DNA of 64,000 nucleotides from an uncultured Bordetella sp. (GTDB lineage Bacteria; Pseudomonadota; Gammaproteobacteria; Burkholderiales; Burkholderiaceae_A). A program made the position numbers and the translations under genes. Where the stretch lies: contig CAYXRY010000008.1 in the NCBI GenBank assembly GCA_964467545.1, positions 420 to 64,419 on the forward strand, read 5' to 3'. The notes under the pieces are model-generated. The model was not told where the DNA came from. It searched no databases and was given only the letters and a program-made list of their open reading frames with translations. Positions 1 to 9,997 of this stretch are shown here, piece after piece; position 1 is the stretch's first letter, and every line of letters begins with the position of its first letter.

Positions 1-1134
1 AAGGGCCCAGTGGGTTTTTGCTGGATGGATGCCCTCGGTCTGGCAATCGTCGAGCACCGCATGATCAAAGTGTCCAGGCCGCACGGCCTGATTGAATTGC
101 TCAACCGTGGAAACGAGCCGCTGTGGAGGCAGTCCTAGCTTAACTGCCAGCTCTGAAATGGACCGGGCTGTCTCGCCGGGAAAGACCGGGGGCATAAACC
201 GGCCGCGGGCCTTATGATCAATGATCGAAAACGCGATCTGATCCGGCTGCTGTGCTACCAGTCTTCCCCAAATCGCATAGCGCTTTGGCCAGAAATCTTC
301 TCCTTCGTCGTAAAACCGCTCCGCATTCTTATTCACGACAATTCCCAGGGAAACACAATCGATTCGAGTCACGATTCCCCCGTCGTAAAGCGGTGCCCGC
401 GCATCCACGGCAACAGCATGGCCCTGCGTGGGATCTCCAACCGTTGCGGCTCCTTTTGCAATCAAATCACGCAAGACTGCACCTGTATTAAATCTTGTGC
501 CACGAATCAGAAAATTATCTGCAGCCGGCCCCCAAGCCTCGCGCAGCCAGTCCCGATTGGATTCAAATCCGCCGCTGGCGACGATGGCCGTTTTTGCAGA
601 GACGCTCTCTTTACGGCCATCCGGCAGACGAATCTGTGCCGACTTAAAGCAGCCATGTTCAATATCCAAAGACTCGACAAAAGTCTCGTAGTCGATTTGA
701 ATTCCGTGCGACTCTGCTGAGCGATAGTAGGCATTCATGAGTGCTTTGCCGCCGCCCAAAAAAAAGGCGTTGGTGCGCGACAGGTGCAGCGTGCCCCCCA
801 GCGAAGGCTGGAAACGGACCCCATGATGTTTCATCCACGCACGACAAGTGGACGATTCGCGGATGACCAGTCGGGCCAGGTCGTGCGACATCTGGCCTCC
901 CGTGACTTTCAGAAGGTCCTCGAAAAACTCATCCTCAGGATACGCTCCAGTGAGGACATCTTCCGGCTGATCGTGCATGCAACGGATATTGCGGGTATGG
1001 GTGCTATTTCCCCCGCGCCATACTTTCGGCGCGAACTCCAGAATCCGAACCGAGCATCCCTGTTCTCGAGCCGTCAATGCCGCGCATAACGCGGCATTTC
1101 CACCGCCGATCACAAGAACATCAACTGCATCCAC
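1..1134 (-). CDS. tcuA: FAD-dependent tricarballylate dehydrogenase TcuA-like (3' end runs off the window; absent from the ORF track)
   Basis: Manual translation from GTG at 1134: DVLVIGGGNAALCAA (FAD-binding), RGGNSTHTRN, LHLSRTNAFFLGGGKAL, RFYDEGEDFWPKRYAIWG; frame open to base 1. Confidence 0.85.
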   Translation of the reverse strand, partial: MDAVDVLVIGGGNAALCAALTAREQGCSVRILEFAPKVWRGGNSTHTRNIRCMHDQPEDVLTGAYPEDEFFEDLLKVTGGQMSHDLARLVIRESSTCRAWMKHHGVRFQPSLGGTLHLSRTNAFFLGGGKALMNAYYRSAESHGIQIDYETFVESLDIEHGCFKSAQIRLPDGRKESVSAKTAIVASGGFESNRDWLREAWGPAADNFLIRGTRFNTGAVLRDLIAKGAATVGDPTQGHAVAVDARAPLYDGGIVTRIDCVSLGIVVNKNAERFYDEGEDFWPKRYAIWGRLVAQQPDQIAFSIIDHKARGRFMPPVFPGETARSISELAVKLGLPPQRLVSTVEQFNQAVRPGHFDHAVLDDCQTEGIHPAKTHWAL

Positions 1135-1138
1135 GCCG

Positions 1139-2131
1139 CTAGTCGATCTTTAGGCCAGACTGCTTCACCACATTCGACCAGCGGGACTGTTCTTCGGCGA
1201 TGAATTTGGTGTAGTCCTCGGGGCTGCCCGCCGTGAATACCGCGTTATCTGCCGTGAATTTTTCGCCAACCGTTTTTGATTTCAGAGCGTGATTGGCGGC
1301 GGCATTGAGCCGCTCAATGATTGGACGCGGCGTTCCAGATGGTACCGATAGCCCATACCACTGTGATGTCTCAAAGCCGGGATAGCCCTGCTCGGCGACA
1401 GTGGGTACATCCGGCAGGGCCGGAATCCGGCGGGGCATGCCGACGGCAATCGCGCGAACCCGGCCATCGCGAATATAGGGAAGCAAAGCGGGGGCTCCCG
1501 CCGACGCGGCCTGGGTCAATCCCGCCACCAAATCCACCAGCTGTGGGCCGGTGCCGCGGTAAGGAATATGAGTCAGCCGCATGCCAGTGGCGAACTGAAG
1601 ATATTCAAAAGCCAAATGGCCAGCGCTGGCGTTGCCCGCTGAGCCGTAATTGATAAACCCGGGCTTGGCCTTGGCAAGCGCGACAAACTCCTTGAGGTTG
1701 CGTGCAGGCAGATCCGGATGCACCACAAATAAATTGGGGACCTTCGAGAGCAGGGCCACCGAAGTGAAATCCTTGTTGACATCGTAGGGTTGTTTGGCCA
1801 TCGCAAATGGGTTGACCGCGAAGGTCCCCACGTGACTGATGACGAGGGTATGACCATCGGCTGGCGATTTCAGGACATCATTCATCGCGATGACGCCGGC
1901 GCCCCCCGGTTTGTTTTCAACAAACACGTTCTGCTTGAGAAAGTTGCCCATCTCAATGGCCACCGACCGGGCCACGATCTCCGATGTGCCCCCTGGAGCA
2001 AACGGCACAACAATGCGAATCGGGCGCGATGGAAATGTCTGGGCCTGCGATCGGATCGGGGCGTTCAGCGCGGCCAAGCCGCCCGCCAGTGAGAGTGAGA
2101 CGGTGAGTCTGCGGCGCGTTGAATTCGTCAT
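1139..2131 (-). CDS. Bug/TctC-family tripartite tricarboxylate transporter substrate-binding protein
   Basis: FPSRPIRIVVPFAPGG, VENKPGGAG, HIPYRG, PDVPTVAEQGYPGF; SD ACAGGAG before ATG 2131. Confidence 0.93.
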   Translation of the reverse strand: MTNSTRRRLTVSLSLAGGLAALNAPIRSQAQTFPSRPIRIVVPFAPGGTSEIVARSVAIEMGNFLKQNVFVENKPGGAGVIAMNDVLKSPADGHTLVISHVGTFAVNPFAMAKQPYDVNKDFTSVALLSKVPNLFVVHPDLPARNLKEFVALAKAKPGFINYGSAGNASAGHLAFEYLQFATGMRLTHIPYRGTGPQLVDLVAGLTQAASAGAPALLPYIRDGRVRAIAVGMPRRIPALPDVPTVAEQGYPGFETSQWYGLSVPSGTPRPIIERLNAAANHALKSKTVGEKFTADNAVFTAGSPEDYTKFIAEEQSRWSNVVKQSGLKID

Positions 2132-2169
2132 GAACTTTGTCTCCTGTAAGTTAATTTTTTTATGATCGA

Positions 2170-2922
2170 CTAGAACTGATATCGACGAAGCCCGCCATCG
2201 ACCGGGATGACGGTGCCGGTAATATACTGCGCCAAGGGCGAGACCAAGAAACAAATCAGCGCTGCAATATCCTCGGGCTCGCCGTAGCGGCCCATTGGAA
2301 TTTCATGCTCGGACTGCCAGGCCCGATATTCCGGTGTGTAGTTGCGCAGAATCTGATCGCTCATGATGCGGCCCGGTGGAATGCAATTCACCGTGATGCC
2401 TTTTTTTCCAACTTCTCGCGAGAGTCCTTTGGCCCATGAGTGGACCGCCGCTTTCGCACAGAAGGCGCCATTGATCCCATCGGGCTCGGACTTGCCAGTG
2501 ATGTTGATGATCCGGCCCCAGCCGCCTTCCATCATGGGATTCAAAAGCTTGTGGGTCAGCTGGCGATGGCGGGTGAAATTCAGCGTGAGGGCCTCGTTCC
2601 ACTGCTCCTCACTGGAATCTAGCTTAAATGGCCGGGAGCCGCCGGCGTTATTGATCAAAATCTCGACCCTGCCAAGAGCGCCCAACACCTGCTCGGCGAT
2701 CGCCGCCGGGGCCTGGTCTTCCATCATGTCTTGAACAATGAGCGTGGGGGCCTCACCTCCGGCATCGCGAATAATGTGCGCGACCTCTTGCAGCTTATCG
2801 TGCCGACGGCCGGCGATCGCCAGCCGGACCCCCTCTTTGCCGAGTGCGATCGCGGTGGCACGGCCGATCCCCGCACTGGCGCCGGTCACGAGTCCTGTTT
2901 TTCCCTTGATTTGAAGTTCCAT
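2170..2922 (-). CDS. Short-chain dehydrogenase/reductase, atypical active site
   Basis: TGASAGIG, NNAG, ITGTVIPVDGG; SD GGAGG before ATG 2922; YxxxK position reads AFCAK. Confidence 0.9.
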   Translation of the reverse strand: MELQIKGKTGLVTGASAGIGRATAIALGKEGVRLAIAGRRHDKLQEVAHIIRDAGGEAPTLIVQDMMEDQAPAAIAEQVLGALGRVEILINNAGGSRPFKLDSSEEQWNEALTLNFTRHRQLTHKLLNPMMEGGWGRIINITGKSEPDGINGAFCAKAAVHSWAKGLSREVGKKGITVNCIPPGRIMSDQILRNYTPEYRAWQSEHEIPMGRYGEPEDIAALICFLVSPLAQYITGTVIPVDGGLRRYQF

Positions 2923-2981
2923 CGCTTGCGCCTCCCTGCGCCTGCTGCCTGCTGATAGGGGCCATGATGGCGGGGCCAATA

Positions 2982-3030
2982 TCATTTGTAAAATGCATTA
3001 TTTAAATTAATTAATGCAAGATACAAATGA
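2982..3030. promoter_or_regulatory. AT-rich imperfect inverted repeat, likely LysR operator in the divergent SDR/lysR promoter
   Basis: TCATTTGTA...TACAAATGA flanking TGCATTA...TAATGCA; each arm contains a T-N11-A motif. Confidence 0.6.
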
Positions 3031-3924
3031 ATGAAACCCACTGACTTCACCGCCATTGATCTGAATGAACTCGCTGCCTTTCGGGCAGCAGTCCGATTTC
3101 CAACCTTTACGCAGGCCGCCCAGCATATTCATCTGTCGCAGCCGGCCTTTAGCCGACGCATCGACAAGCTCGAGCAAGGCCTGGGGGTTCAGCTCTTTCA
3201 ACGGTCCACCCGCCGCATCACCTTGACGGCCGTTGGCAAGGAATTTGAACGCCGGCTCGAAGAGGTCTTCTCGTCACTCGAAGCGACAGTCCTTCATGTC
3301 CGCGGCGCCGCAGCGGCCGTCCAGAACACAATCGCCATTGCCTGTGTGCCTTCTGTAGTGAACTATTTTTTGACCAAAATTATTCTGGCATTCCACAAAA
3401 AACATCCGAATGTCCGGATAAGAATCCTTGATGACAACGCAGAAGGTGTCCTGCGGCTTGTCGCCGAGGGCACGGCCGATTTTGGCCTGAACTTCATCGG
3501 AGTTCAGCAGCCAGATCTTGAATTTGCGCCTCTGCTAGAAGAGGAGTTTGTGGTGGCCTGCCGGCGTGATCATCCGCTGGCCAAGCGACAAAAAATTCGA
3601 TGGTCGGAGCTGTCGGGCTACACCTATATTTCCGTGGGCAAGAACTCCGGCAATCGCCTCATCCTGGATCAGGCCATCGCGGGCAGTCGGCAGCTGCCCG
3701 AGAGCATGTTTGAAACGCAGCACGTCACCACCATGCTCGGACTGGTCGAGGCGGGAATTGGGATTGCGGTCGTGCCCTCGATCGCAGCACCCAAAAAGCA
3801 CCACCCGCTGGTGGTGAGTGTTGCGCTTCATGATCCAGTGATTCGCAGAAAAATCGGTCTGATCAAGAAAAAAGGCCGGGTTCTTCAGCCGGCTGCCCAG
3901 CGCTTTTATGACCTCTGCCTTTAA
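3031..3924 (+). CDS. LysR-family transcriptional regulator
   Basis: N-terminal HTH (FTQAAQHIHLSQPAFSRRIDKLE), 297 aa, C-terminal substrate-binding domain (LVEAGIGIAVVP). Confidence 0.95.
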   Translation: MKPTDFTAIDLNELAAFRAAVRFPTFTQAAQHIHLSQPAFSRRIDKLEQGLGVQLFQRSTRRITLTAVGKEFERRLEEVFSSLEATVLHVRGAAAAVQNTIAIACVPSVVNYFLTKIILAFHKKHPNVRIRILDDNAEGVLRLVAEGTADFGLNFIGVQQPDLEFAPLLEEEFVVACRRDHPLAKRQKIRWSELSGYTYISVGKNSGNRLILDQAIAGSRQLPESMFETQHVTTMLGLVEAGIGIAVVPSIAAPKKHHPLVVSVALHDPVIRRKIGLIKKKGRVLQPAAQRFYDLCL

Positions 3925-4023
3925 GTTGATCCCGCCGGACTCAACGCCTATGATGCACAGGTGATTCGCCATCCGCAGCGCATCAGCCCCCGTTTCATAA
4001 AAAACTTTTCGAGGAGACCGCGA

Positions 4024-4998
4024 GTGATCATTTCAAAAAGAGATTTCATTCAATTCAGTGCTGCAGCGGCGGCGACTGCCTCACTGCCCGCCTGGGCACA
4101 GGCTAAGCCCATGTTCGAGACCATCAATATGTTTGTGCCCGCTGCCCCCGGCGGCGGCTGGGACAGCACGGCGCGAGCCATTGAGCGAGCCGCAAAGGCC
4201 GGTGGCTTGGTGGGCAATATGCAATTTGAAAATGTTGGCGGTGCCGGCGGCATGGTGGGCCTGCCTCGATTCGTGAATCAGCGCAAGGGTCAAGGCAATA
4301 GCCTGATGATCGGCGGATCGGTCATGGTTGGGGCCGCCATCGCCAACAAAAGCCCCATCACGATGCGTGATGTGACACCGATTGCGCGTCTGACCGAGGA
4401 AGCGGGCGTGATTGTTGTGCCGTCTTCAGGAAAAATCAAAACTTGGAATGAATTGATTGCCGCGCTGAAAGCAAACCCAAAAGCGGTCTCCGTTGCAGGG
4501 GGCAGCGCTGGAGGCACCGACCACCTGATACTCGGCTTGATGATCAAGGCGCTTGGCCGCAACCCCAAAGAAGGTGCCTATGTCGCATTTGCAGGCGGTG
4601 GGCCCGCCAATGCGGCCATTATTGGTGGCCAAGTCACCGCAGGGATCTCGGGCTATTCGGAGTTTGAAGAGCAAATCAAGGCTGGCCGTATGATTCCTCT
4701 GGCCACCTCGGGCAGAACTCGAATTCCTGGGGTGAATGTACCGACCATGACAGAGCTGGGGCTCAATGTAGTGCTCGCCAACTGGCGGGGTGTCTTCGCG
4801 CCGCCGGGAATTAATGAATCCCAGCGTAATACGCTCATCGACCTGATGACCCGGACCGTGGCCACGAGCGCATGGAAAAACGAGCTCGTGACTCGAAAGT
4901 GGTCTGACGCTTTCTTGACCGAGCAGCCTTTCCTGCGTGAGGTGAATTGGGATATTGAACGCACAACCGCCGTTATGAAGGATCTCGGCCTCGCATGA
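4024..4998 (+). CDS. tctC: Tripartite tricarboxylate transporter substrate-binding protein TctC
   Basis: VPAAPGGGWD, ENVGGAGGMVGL, NWRGVFAPPG; SD GAGGAG before GTG 4024; followed by tctB and tctA. Confidence 0.9.
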   Translation: MIISKRDFIQFSAAAAATASLPAWAQAKPMFETINMFVPAAPGGGWDSTARAIERAAKAGGLVGNMQFENVGGAGGMVGLPRFVNQRKGQGNSLMIGGSVMVGAAIANKSPITMRDVTPIARLTEEAGVIVVPSSGKIKTWNELIAALKANPKAVSVAGGSAGGTDHLILGLMIKALGRNPKEGAYVAFAGGGPANAAIIGGQVTAGISGYSEFEEQIKAGRMIPLATSGRTRIPGVNVPTMTELGLNVVLANWRGVFAPPGINESQRNTLIDLMTRTVATSAWKNELVTRKWSDAFLTEQPFLREVNWDIERTTAVMKDLGLA

Positions 4999-5456
4999 CG
5001 CCAATCCGAGTCAGCCTGCTGCTGGGATTGGTATGCCTAGTGGCTGGCTGGCAGGTCATCCAGATTCCCGAGTCCGCAATTGAAATGGCAGTCGGTCCCT
5101 CCTTGATGCCGGCCCTGATTGTGGCCGGACTGTCGCTGGTGAGCCTGCTCTACGGCATCGGCGCCTACCGAGGCCTGCAGGCCGATGATGCTGCCGATCC
5201 GGACCAGGCCGCCCTCTCTGGCAGCACGACACGGTTTTTGTTTCTCATGGGTGCGGGCATCATTTTTATTGGACTGGTTGGTGTCGTGGGATTTGTTCCC
5301 AGCGCAACACTCTGCGGGGTCTGCATCGCCCGGGCCTTTGATGCGCCAATCAATTTGAAGTCTTTTTTGATTTGCGGCGCCATCGTGATTTTCTTCTGGC
5401 TTCTGTTTTCAAAAATTCTCGGCATTGGTCTCGGCCCGGCGCTCACTCTGATCTAA
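4995..5456 (+). CDS. tctB: Tripartite tricarboxylate transporter small membrane subunit TctB
   Basis: About four hydrophobic segments, VGP motif, located between tctC and tctA. Confidence 0.85.
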   Translation: MTPIRVSLLLGLVCLVAGWQVIQIPESAIEMAVGPSLMPALIVAGLSLVSLLYGIGAYRGLQADDAADPDQAALSGSTTRFLFLMGAGIIFIGLVGVVGFVPSATLCGVCIARAFDAPINLKSFLICGAIVIFFWLLFSKILGIGLGPALTLI

Positions 5457-5463
5457 GCCCACC

Positions 5464-6990
5464 ATGGAAGCCTTTGAAGCGCTGCTTGCCGGATTTGCTT
5501 CGGCCCTAACACCCACCACTCTGATGTGGGGCTTTATTGGATGTTTCGTGGGCACCATGGTGGGGGTCCTGCCGGGCCTTGGACCCGCCTTGACCATCGC
5601 GCTGCTGCTGCCGCTAACCTATCACGTGCCCGCCACCAGTATGTTCGTGATGTTTGCCGGAATTTATTATGGCGCCGCTTATGGCGGATCCACGACTTCG
5701 ATTCTGCTGAATACGCCAGGTGAGACCTCATCGGTCGTGACGGCGCTTGAGGGCAATAAAATGGCGCGACGTGGGCGGGCGGGTCAGGCGCTTGCCACTG
5801 CAGCCATCGGCAGCTTCGTCGCCGGCACCATTGCCATCTTGGCCCTGACATTTATTGCACCCTGGGTGGTCGAGGTCGCGCTTGCTTTTGGTCCGGCCGA
5901 ATATTTCAGCCTGATGGTGCTCTCATTGGTGGCCGTCTCTTCGGTGCTAGGTAACTCGTTGCTTCGCGGCTTGGTATCGCTCGGGCTCGGGCTCCTCATT
6001 GGTATGGTTGGCATTGATCTTCAGACTGGGCAGATGCGATTCACATTCGGCCAGCCCCAGCTGCTCGATGGTATTGAGATCACGGTGGCAGCCGTCGGGC
6101 TGTTTGCGGTGGGCGAGGCGCTTTATCTCGCCTGGCAAGGCCGCAGTAGTCAGCCAGGAAGCCTCACGAAACTCTCGGGCAGTTTATGGATGAGTACACA
6201 AGACTGGGCCCGATCGTGGAAGGCCTGGATTCGTGGGGCACTTTTTGGTTTTCCAATTGGTGCCATGCCCGCCGGAGGGGCCGAGGTTCCCACGCTGCTG
6301 TCGTATTACACGGAGAAAAAACTCTCCAAGCATCCGGAAGAGTTTGGTCACGGTGCCATTGAGGGTGTGGCAGGCCCAGAGGCGGCCAACAATGCCTCGG
6401 CTGCTGGAGTGCTCATGCCATTGCTGACACTGGGAATCCCAACATCGGCGACCGCCGCGGTCATGCTCTCAGCCTTTGAGAGCTACGGCATTCAGACCGG
6501 TCCGCAGTTGTTCTCTACCAACAGCGGCCTTGTGTGGACCCTGATCGCAAGTCTGTATATCGGCAATTTCATTTTGCTGGTGCTCAATCTGCCGCTGGTG
6601 GGGCTCTGGGTGAAATTGCTCAGAATCCCTCCTCCGTGGCTGTATGCCGGAATCATTGTCGTATCGATCATTGGCGTCTATGGGGCCGGCCAGTCACTAT
6701 TCAATGTCGGGCTTTTGTTTGTTTTTGGTCTGGTGGGCTACATCATGCGTCGGTTCGACTTTCCTGCTGCACCGGTTTTGGTTGGTCTTATCCTGTCGCC
6801 GCTTGCAGAGCAGTCCATGCGGCAGGCGCTCACCATCAGTCAAGGCCAGTGGAGCACTTTTGTTACGCGGCCGATATCGGCTACTTTGCTGGCCATCGCA
6901 GTCATGCTTTTGCTGGCACAGCCTCTCTATCAGCGCTGGAAAAACCGGCAGGCCCCAATGGGACACGAGGATGGCAGCCCAGCGGCCTGA
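5464..6990 (+). CDS. tctA: Tripartite tricarboxylate transporter large permease TctA
   Basis: [40 protein letters not shown]; 508 aa. Confidence 0.96.
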   Translation: MEAFEALLAGFASALTPTTLMWGFIGCFVGTMVGVLPGLGPALTIALLLPLTYHVPATSMFVMFAGIYYGAAYGGSTTSILLNTPGETSSVVTALEGNKMARRGRAGQALATAAIGSFVAGTIAILALTFIAPWVVEVALAFGPAEYFSLMVLSLVAVSSVLGNSLLRGLVSLGLGLLIGMVGIDLQTGQMRFTFGQPQLLDGIEITVAAVGLFAVGEALYLAWQGRSSQPGSLTKLSGSLWMSTQDWARSWKAWIRGALFGFPIGAMPAGGAEVPTLLSYYTEKKLSKHPEEFGHGAIEGVAGPEAANNASAAGVLMPLLTLGIPTSATAAVMLSAFESYGIQTGPQLFSTNSGLVWTLIASLYIGNFILLVLNLPLVGLWVKLLRIPPPWLYAGIIVVSIIGVYGAGQSLFNVGLLFVFGLVGYIMRRFDFPAAPVLVGLILSPLAEQSMRQALTISQGQWSTFVTRPISATLLAIAVMLLLAQPLYQRWKNRQAPMGHEDGSPAA

Positions 6991-7918
6991 CGTCTTGATC
7001 AGCGAAGTTGCGCCTCGGGATGGTCTGCAGTCGATTCAATCGATCATGCCAACGGCGCAGAAATGCCAGTGGATTGATGCCCTCGTGCAGGCGGGCCTCA
7101 AAGAAATCGAGGTGGGATCTTTTGTTTCGGAAAAACTACTGCCACAGATGGCTGACACTGGCGCCGTAGTGGCCCACAGTCGACAGCATTCGAGTCTCTG
7201 TGTGCTTGCACTTGTGCCCAATCTCAAGGGTGCCCAAGCCGCACTGGCCGCCGGAGCCCACAAACTATCGATACCCATCTCAGCGAGCGAGGCCCACTGC
7301 CTGGCCAATGTGCGCAAAAGCATTGCGGAAATGCTGGATGAGCTGGGTCGAATTATCCAGGCCGTTGAACAATACAATGCGACGTCTGCCAAGCCGCCAG
7401 TTGCCGTTGAGGTCGGTATTTCAACCGCATTTGGCTGCACACTCCAGGGCAGCGTATCCGAGCACGCTGTGCTGACACTGGCCGCCAAGTGTGCGGCCAT
7501 CGGGGCGCAAGAGGTCGGACTATCGGACACGACAGGGATGGCCAACCCGGCACAAGTCAAACGGCTATTTACCCAGCTGCATCATGATCTGGGCGATCGC
7601 GCTGGGGCTGCCCATCTTCACAACACACGTGGCCTGGGCCTGGCGAATGCGCTTGCCGCCTATGAGGCAGGCGTTCGAACATTTGACAGTTCACAGGGTG
7701 GCATCGGGGGCTGCCCCTACGCGCCCGGCGCCTCAGGGAACATCGTGACGGAAGATCTGATTTTTATGTTCGAAGCCATGGGCGTCTCGACTGGTATTCG
7801 CTACGAGCGGCTGCTCGAAGCCCGGGCCCTTCTGGAAGCATTTCTGCCCAATGAGCCGCTCTATGGCATGACGCCCGCAGCAGGATTGCCCAAAGGTTTT
7901 CAATGGCCAACACCGTGA
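6971..7918 (+). CDS. HMG-CoA lyase family (3-hydroxyacyl-CoA lyase)
   Basis: [31 protein letters not shown] 6971 overlaps the tctA end. Confidence 0.92.
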   Translation: MAAQRPDVLISEVAPRDGLQSIQSIMPTAQKCQWIDALVQAGLKEIEVGSFVSEKLLPQMADTGAVVAHSRQHSSLCVLALVPNLKGAQAALAAGAHKLSIPISASEAHCLANVRKSIAEMLDELGRIIQAVEQYNATSAKPPVAVEVGISTAFGCTLQGSVSEHAVLTLAAKCAAIGAQEVGLSDTTGMANPAQVKRLFTQLHHDLGDRAGAAHLHNTRGLGLANALAAYEAGVRTFDSSQGGIGGCPYAPGASGNIVTEDLIFMFEAMGVSTGIRYERLLEARALLEAFLPNEPLYGMTPAAGLPKGFQWPTP

Positions 7919-9123
7919 ATCGCCCACTCCCCTACACCGGGGTTCGAGTTATCGAGTTCTCGCACATGGTGATGGGCCCGACTTGCGGGCTAGTACTTGG
8001 CGATCTTGGTGCAGAGGTCATCAAGATTGAGCCACCGGAAGGCGACCAGACACGCCGACTGCTTGGCTCAGGCGCCGGATTTTATCCACTGTTTAATCGC
8101 AATAAAAAAAGTATTGCACTTGATCTGAAAACCGATGCGGGCCGTGAGGCTGTCCTGCGCCTGGTTGCAACGGCTGATGTCCTCATCGAGAACTTTAAAA
8201 CGGGAACAATGGAAAAGCTCGGCCTCGGTGAGGCCGAGCTTCGGCGTCGATATCCACGCCTGATTTATGTCAGTCACAAGGGATTTCTTCCTGGGCCTTA
8301 TGCAGACCGAACCGCACTTGATGAGGTGGTTCAGATGATGGGCGGACTCGCCTACATGACGGGCAGGCCAGGCGATCCTTTGCGTGCAGGATCATCAGTC
8401 AACGACATCATGGGCGGTCTTTTTGGAGCAATCGGCGTCATGTCAGCCCTGGCTGAACGCGAAAAAACGGGAGTCGGTAAGGCCATTCAAAGCAGTCTTT
8501 TTGAAAATAATATTTTTTTGGTTGCCCAGCACATGATGCAATACTTGGTAACCGGAAAACCTGCCGACCCAATGCCTGCCCGTATCTCCGCCTGGGGCAT
8601 TTATGACATCTTTCCCACCCAAGATGGCGATCAGATTTTTCTTGGTGTGGTGAGCGATACGCAGTGGGAAATTTTTTGTAAGACTTTTCAACTCGATGAT
8701 CTCTGGACCGACACACGCCTGTCGACCAACAATGGCCGTGTCACCTCACGCGACTGGCTCATCCCGCACCTTCGGCAGCGTCTCGGCGTCTTGAGCGCTG
8801 CAGAATTGGCCCATCGGTTTGAGCAGGCGGGCCTGCCGTTTGCACCGATTACAGCACCGCACCAACTGCTTGAGGACCCACATCTCATCGCTTCAGGCGG
8901 ACTGGTGCCAATGCGTCTGCCCGATGGCGAGCGGGCCGGGCAGTTGGTTCCGACCGCGCTGCTACCGCTGATGCTGAATTCCGAGCGGCTGCCTCTACGA
9001 ATGGACCCGCCCACGCTCGGCCAGCACAATCAAGAGCTCTTACGAGAAATCGGTTATTCAGCATCTGAGATTCAACAATTGAACCCCCCTACGACCGGCC
9101 CGGGCCAGACGCAGGAGCATTGA
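7903..9123 (+). CDS. CaiB/BaiF class III CoA transferase
   Basis: LGAEVIKIEPP, NRNKKSIALDLK, ADVLIENF, catalytic Asp in ALDEVVQ, PPTLGQH. Confidence 0.94.
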   Translation: MANTVNRPLPYTGVRVIEFSHMVMGPTCGLVLGDLGAEVIKIEPPEGDQTRRLLGSGAGFYPLFNRNKKSIALDLKTDAGREAVLRLVATADVLIENFKTGTMEKLGLGEAELRRRYPRLIYVSHKGFLPGPYADRTALDEVVQMMGGLAYMTGRPGDPLRAGSSVNDIMGGLFGAIGVMSALAEREKTGVGKAIQSSLFENNIFLVAQHMMQYLVTGKPADPMPARISAWGIYDIFPTQDGDQIFLGVVSDTQWEIFCKTFQLDDLWTDTRLSTNNGRVTSRDWLIPHLRQRLGVLSAAELAHRFEQAGLPFAPITAPHQLLEDPHLIASGGLVPMRLPDGERAGQLVPTALLPLMLNSERLPLRMDPPTLGQHNQELLREIGYSASEIQQLNPPTTGPGQTQEH

Positions 9124-9127
9124 TTCA

Positions 9128-9976
9128 ATGCGAATTCAAATCCTGCTGGCGATGACCGCAGTGGTGTTGGTCTTGCAAGGCTGCGCTGGCCGAAACTACG
9201 GCGACAGTCTTTTTCACTTAAAGCATGCCACCAGCGGTAAAGATGTCATGTGGATTCCCACCAAAACCGAAATGGCACACGAGATGCTGTCCCTAGCCGC
9301 AGTGGGCCCACAAGATATCGTGATTGATCTGGGATCAGGAGATGGCGTGATTCCGATCGAAGCAGCAAAGAAATTCGGTGTGCGAGCCAGGGGAATCGAG
9401 TACAACGCGGATCTGGTCGCTCTGTCACAGCGCAATGCGCAGCGGGCCAATGTCAGTCATCTGGTGAGTTTTCGCCAAGGCGATATTTTTGTAGAAAACT
9501 TCTCTGAGGCGACCGTACTGACGCTCTACTTGGGCGAGGCGCTTAACAATCGTCTGCGGCCCACTTTGCTCCAGATGCGGCCCGGTACGCGGATTGTCTC
9601 CAACACTTTTCGCATCGATGCCTGGGCCCCAGACCGTGAGCTTCGGCTCACCAGCGGAGAGAATGCCTATCTCTGGATCGTTCCTGGCCGGCTCGAGGGC
9701 GAGTGGGACCTGAGCGGAGTCCCGGGCGCGAGCAGCGCTCGAATGCGGATTCGCCAAGGAGCGCAATTTTTCGACGGCGCCTTGGACCTCGGTGCCCGCC
9801 GGCTGGCAGCGATTGAAGACGGACGTTTTAACGGAAGCCGCTTTCAATTTCGCTTCAAAGATTCGCAGCATCGACTGCAGACCGTGACGGGAACAGTGGA
9901 CGGAGCCACGCTAACTGCTACGCTGGCAGACGATCCGAAAGCGACAATACTCGGTCAGCGGCGGCCCGGGCCCTAG
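9128..9976 (+). CDS. SAM-dependent methyltransferase with predicted lipoprotein signal
   Basis: IDLGSGDG motif I, GIEYN, GDIF, PGTRIVSN; N-terminal hydrophobic segment ending LQGC. Confidence 0.85.
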   Translation: MRIQILLAMTAVVLVLQGCAGRNYGDSLFHLKHATSGKDVMWIPTKTEMAHEMLSLAAVGPQDIVIDLGSGDGVIPIEAAKKFGVRARGIEYNADLVALSQRNAQRANVSHLVSFRQGDIFVENFSEATVLTLYLGEALNNRLRPTLLQMRPGTRIVSNTFRIDAWAPDRELRLTSGENAYLWIVPGRLEGEWDLSGVPGASSARMRIRQGAQFFDGALDLGARRLAAIEDGRFNGSRFQFRFKDSQHRLQTVTGTVDGATLTATLADDPKATILGQRRPGP

Positions 9977-9997
9977 TCCAGTCCCGACGGGAATTAC

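Noticed and set aside
130..770. Possible frameshifts in tcuA (A8 run at 758-765; apparent stop near 136)
   Set aside because: Careful translation keeps the frame open (NAFFLGGG; LAVKLGLP); the gene is missing from the ORF track only because it runs off the window
214..1089. Plus-strand ORFs 214-720 and 784-1089
   Set aside because: Antisense shadows of tcuA with no recognisable motifs
6644..6970. 109-aa N-terminal extension on the HMG-CoA lyase ORF
   Set aside because: Lies inside tctA in another frame; family similarity begins at ATG 6971, which has GAGG upstream
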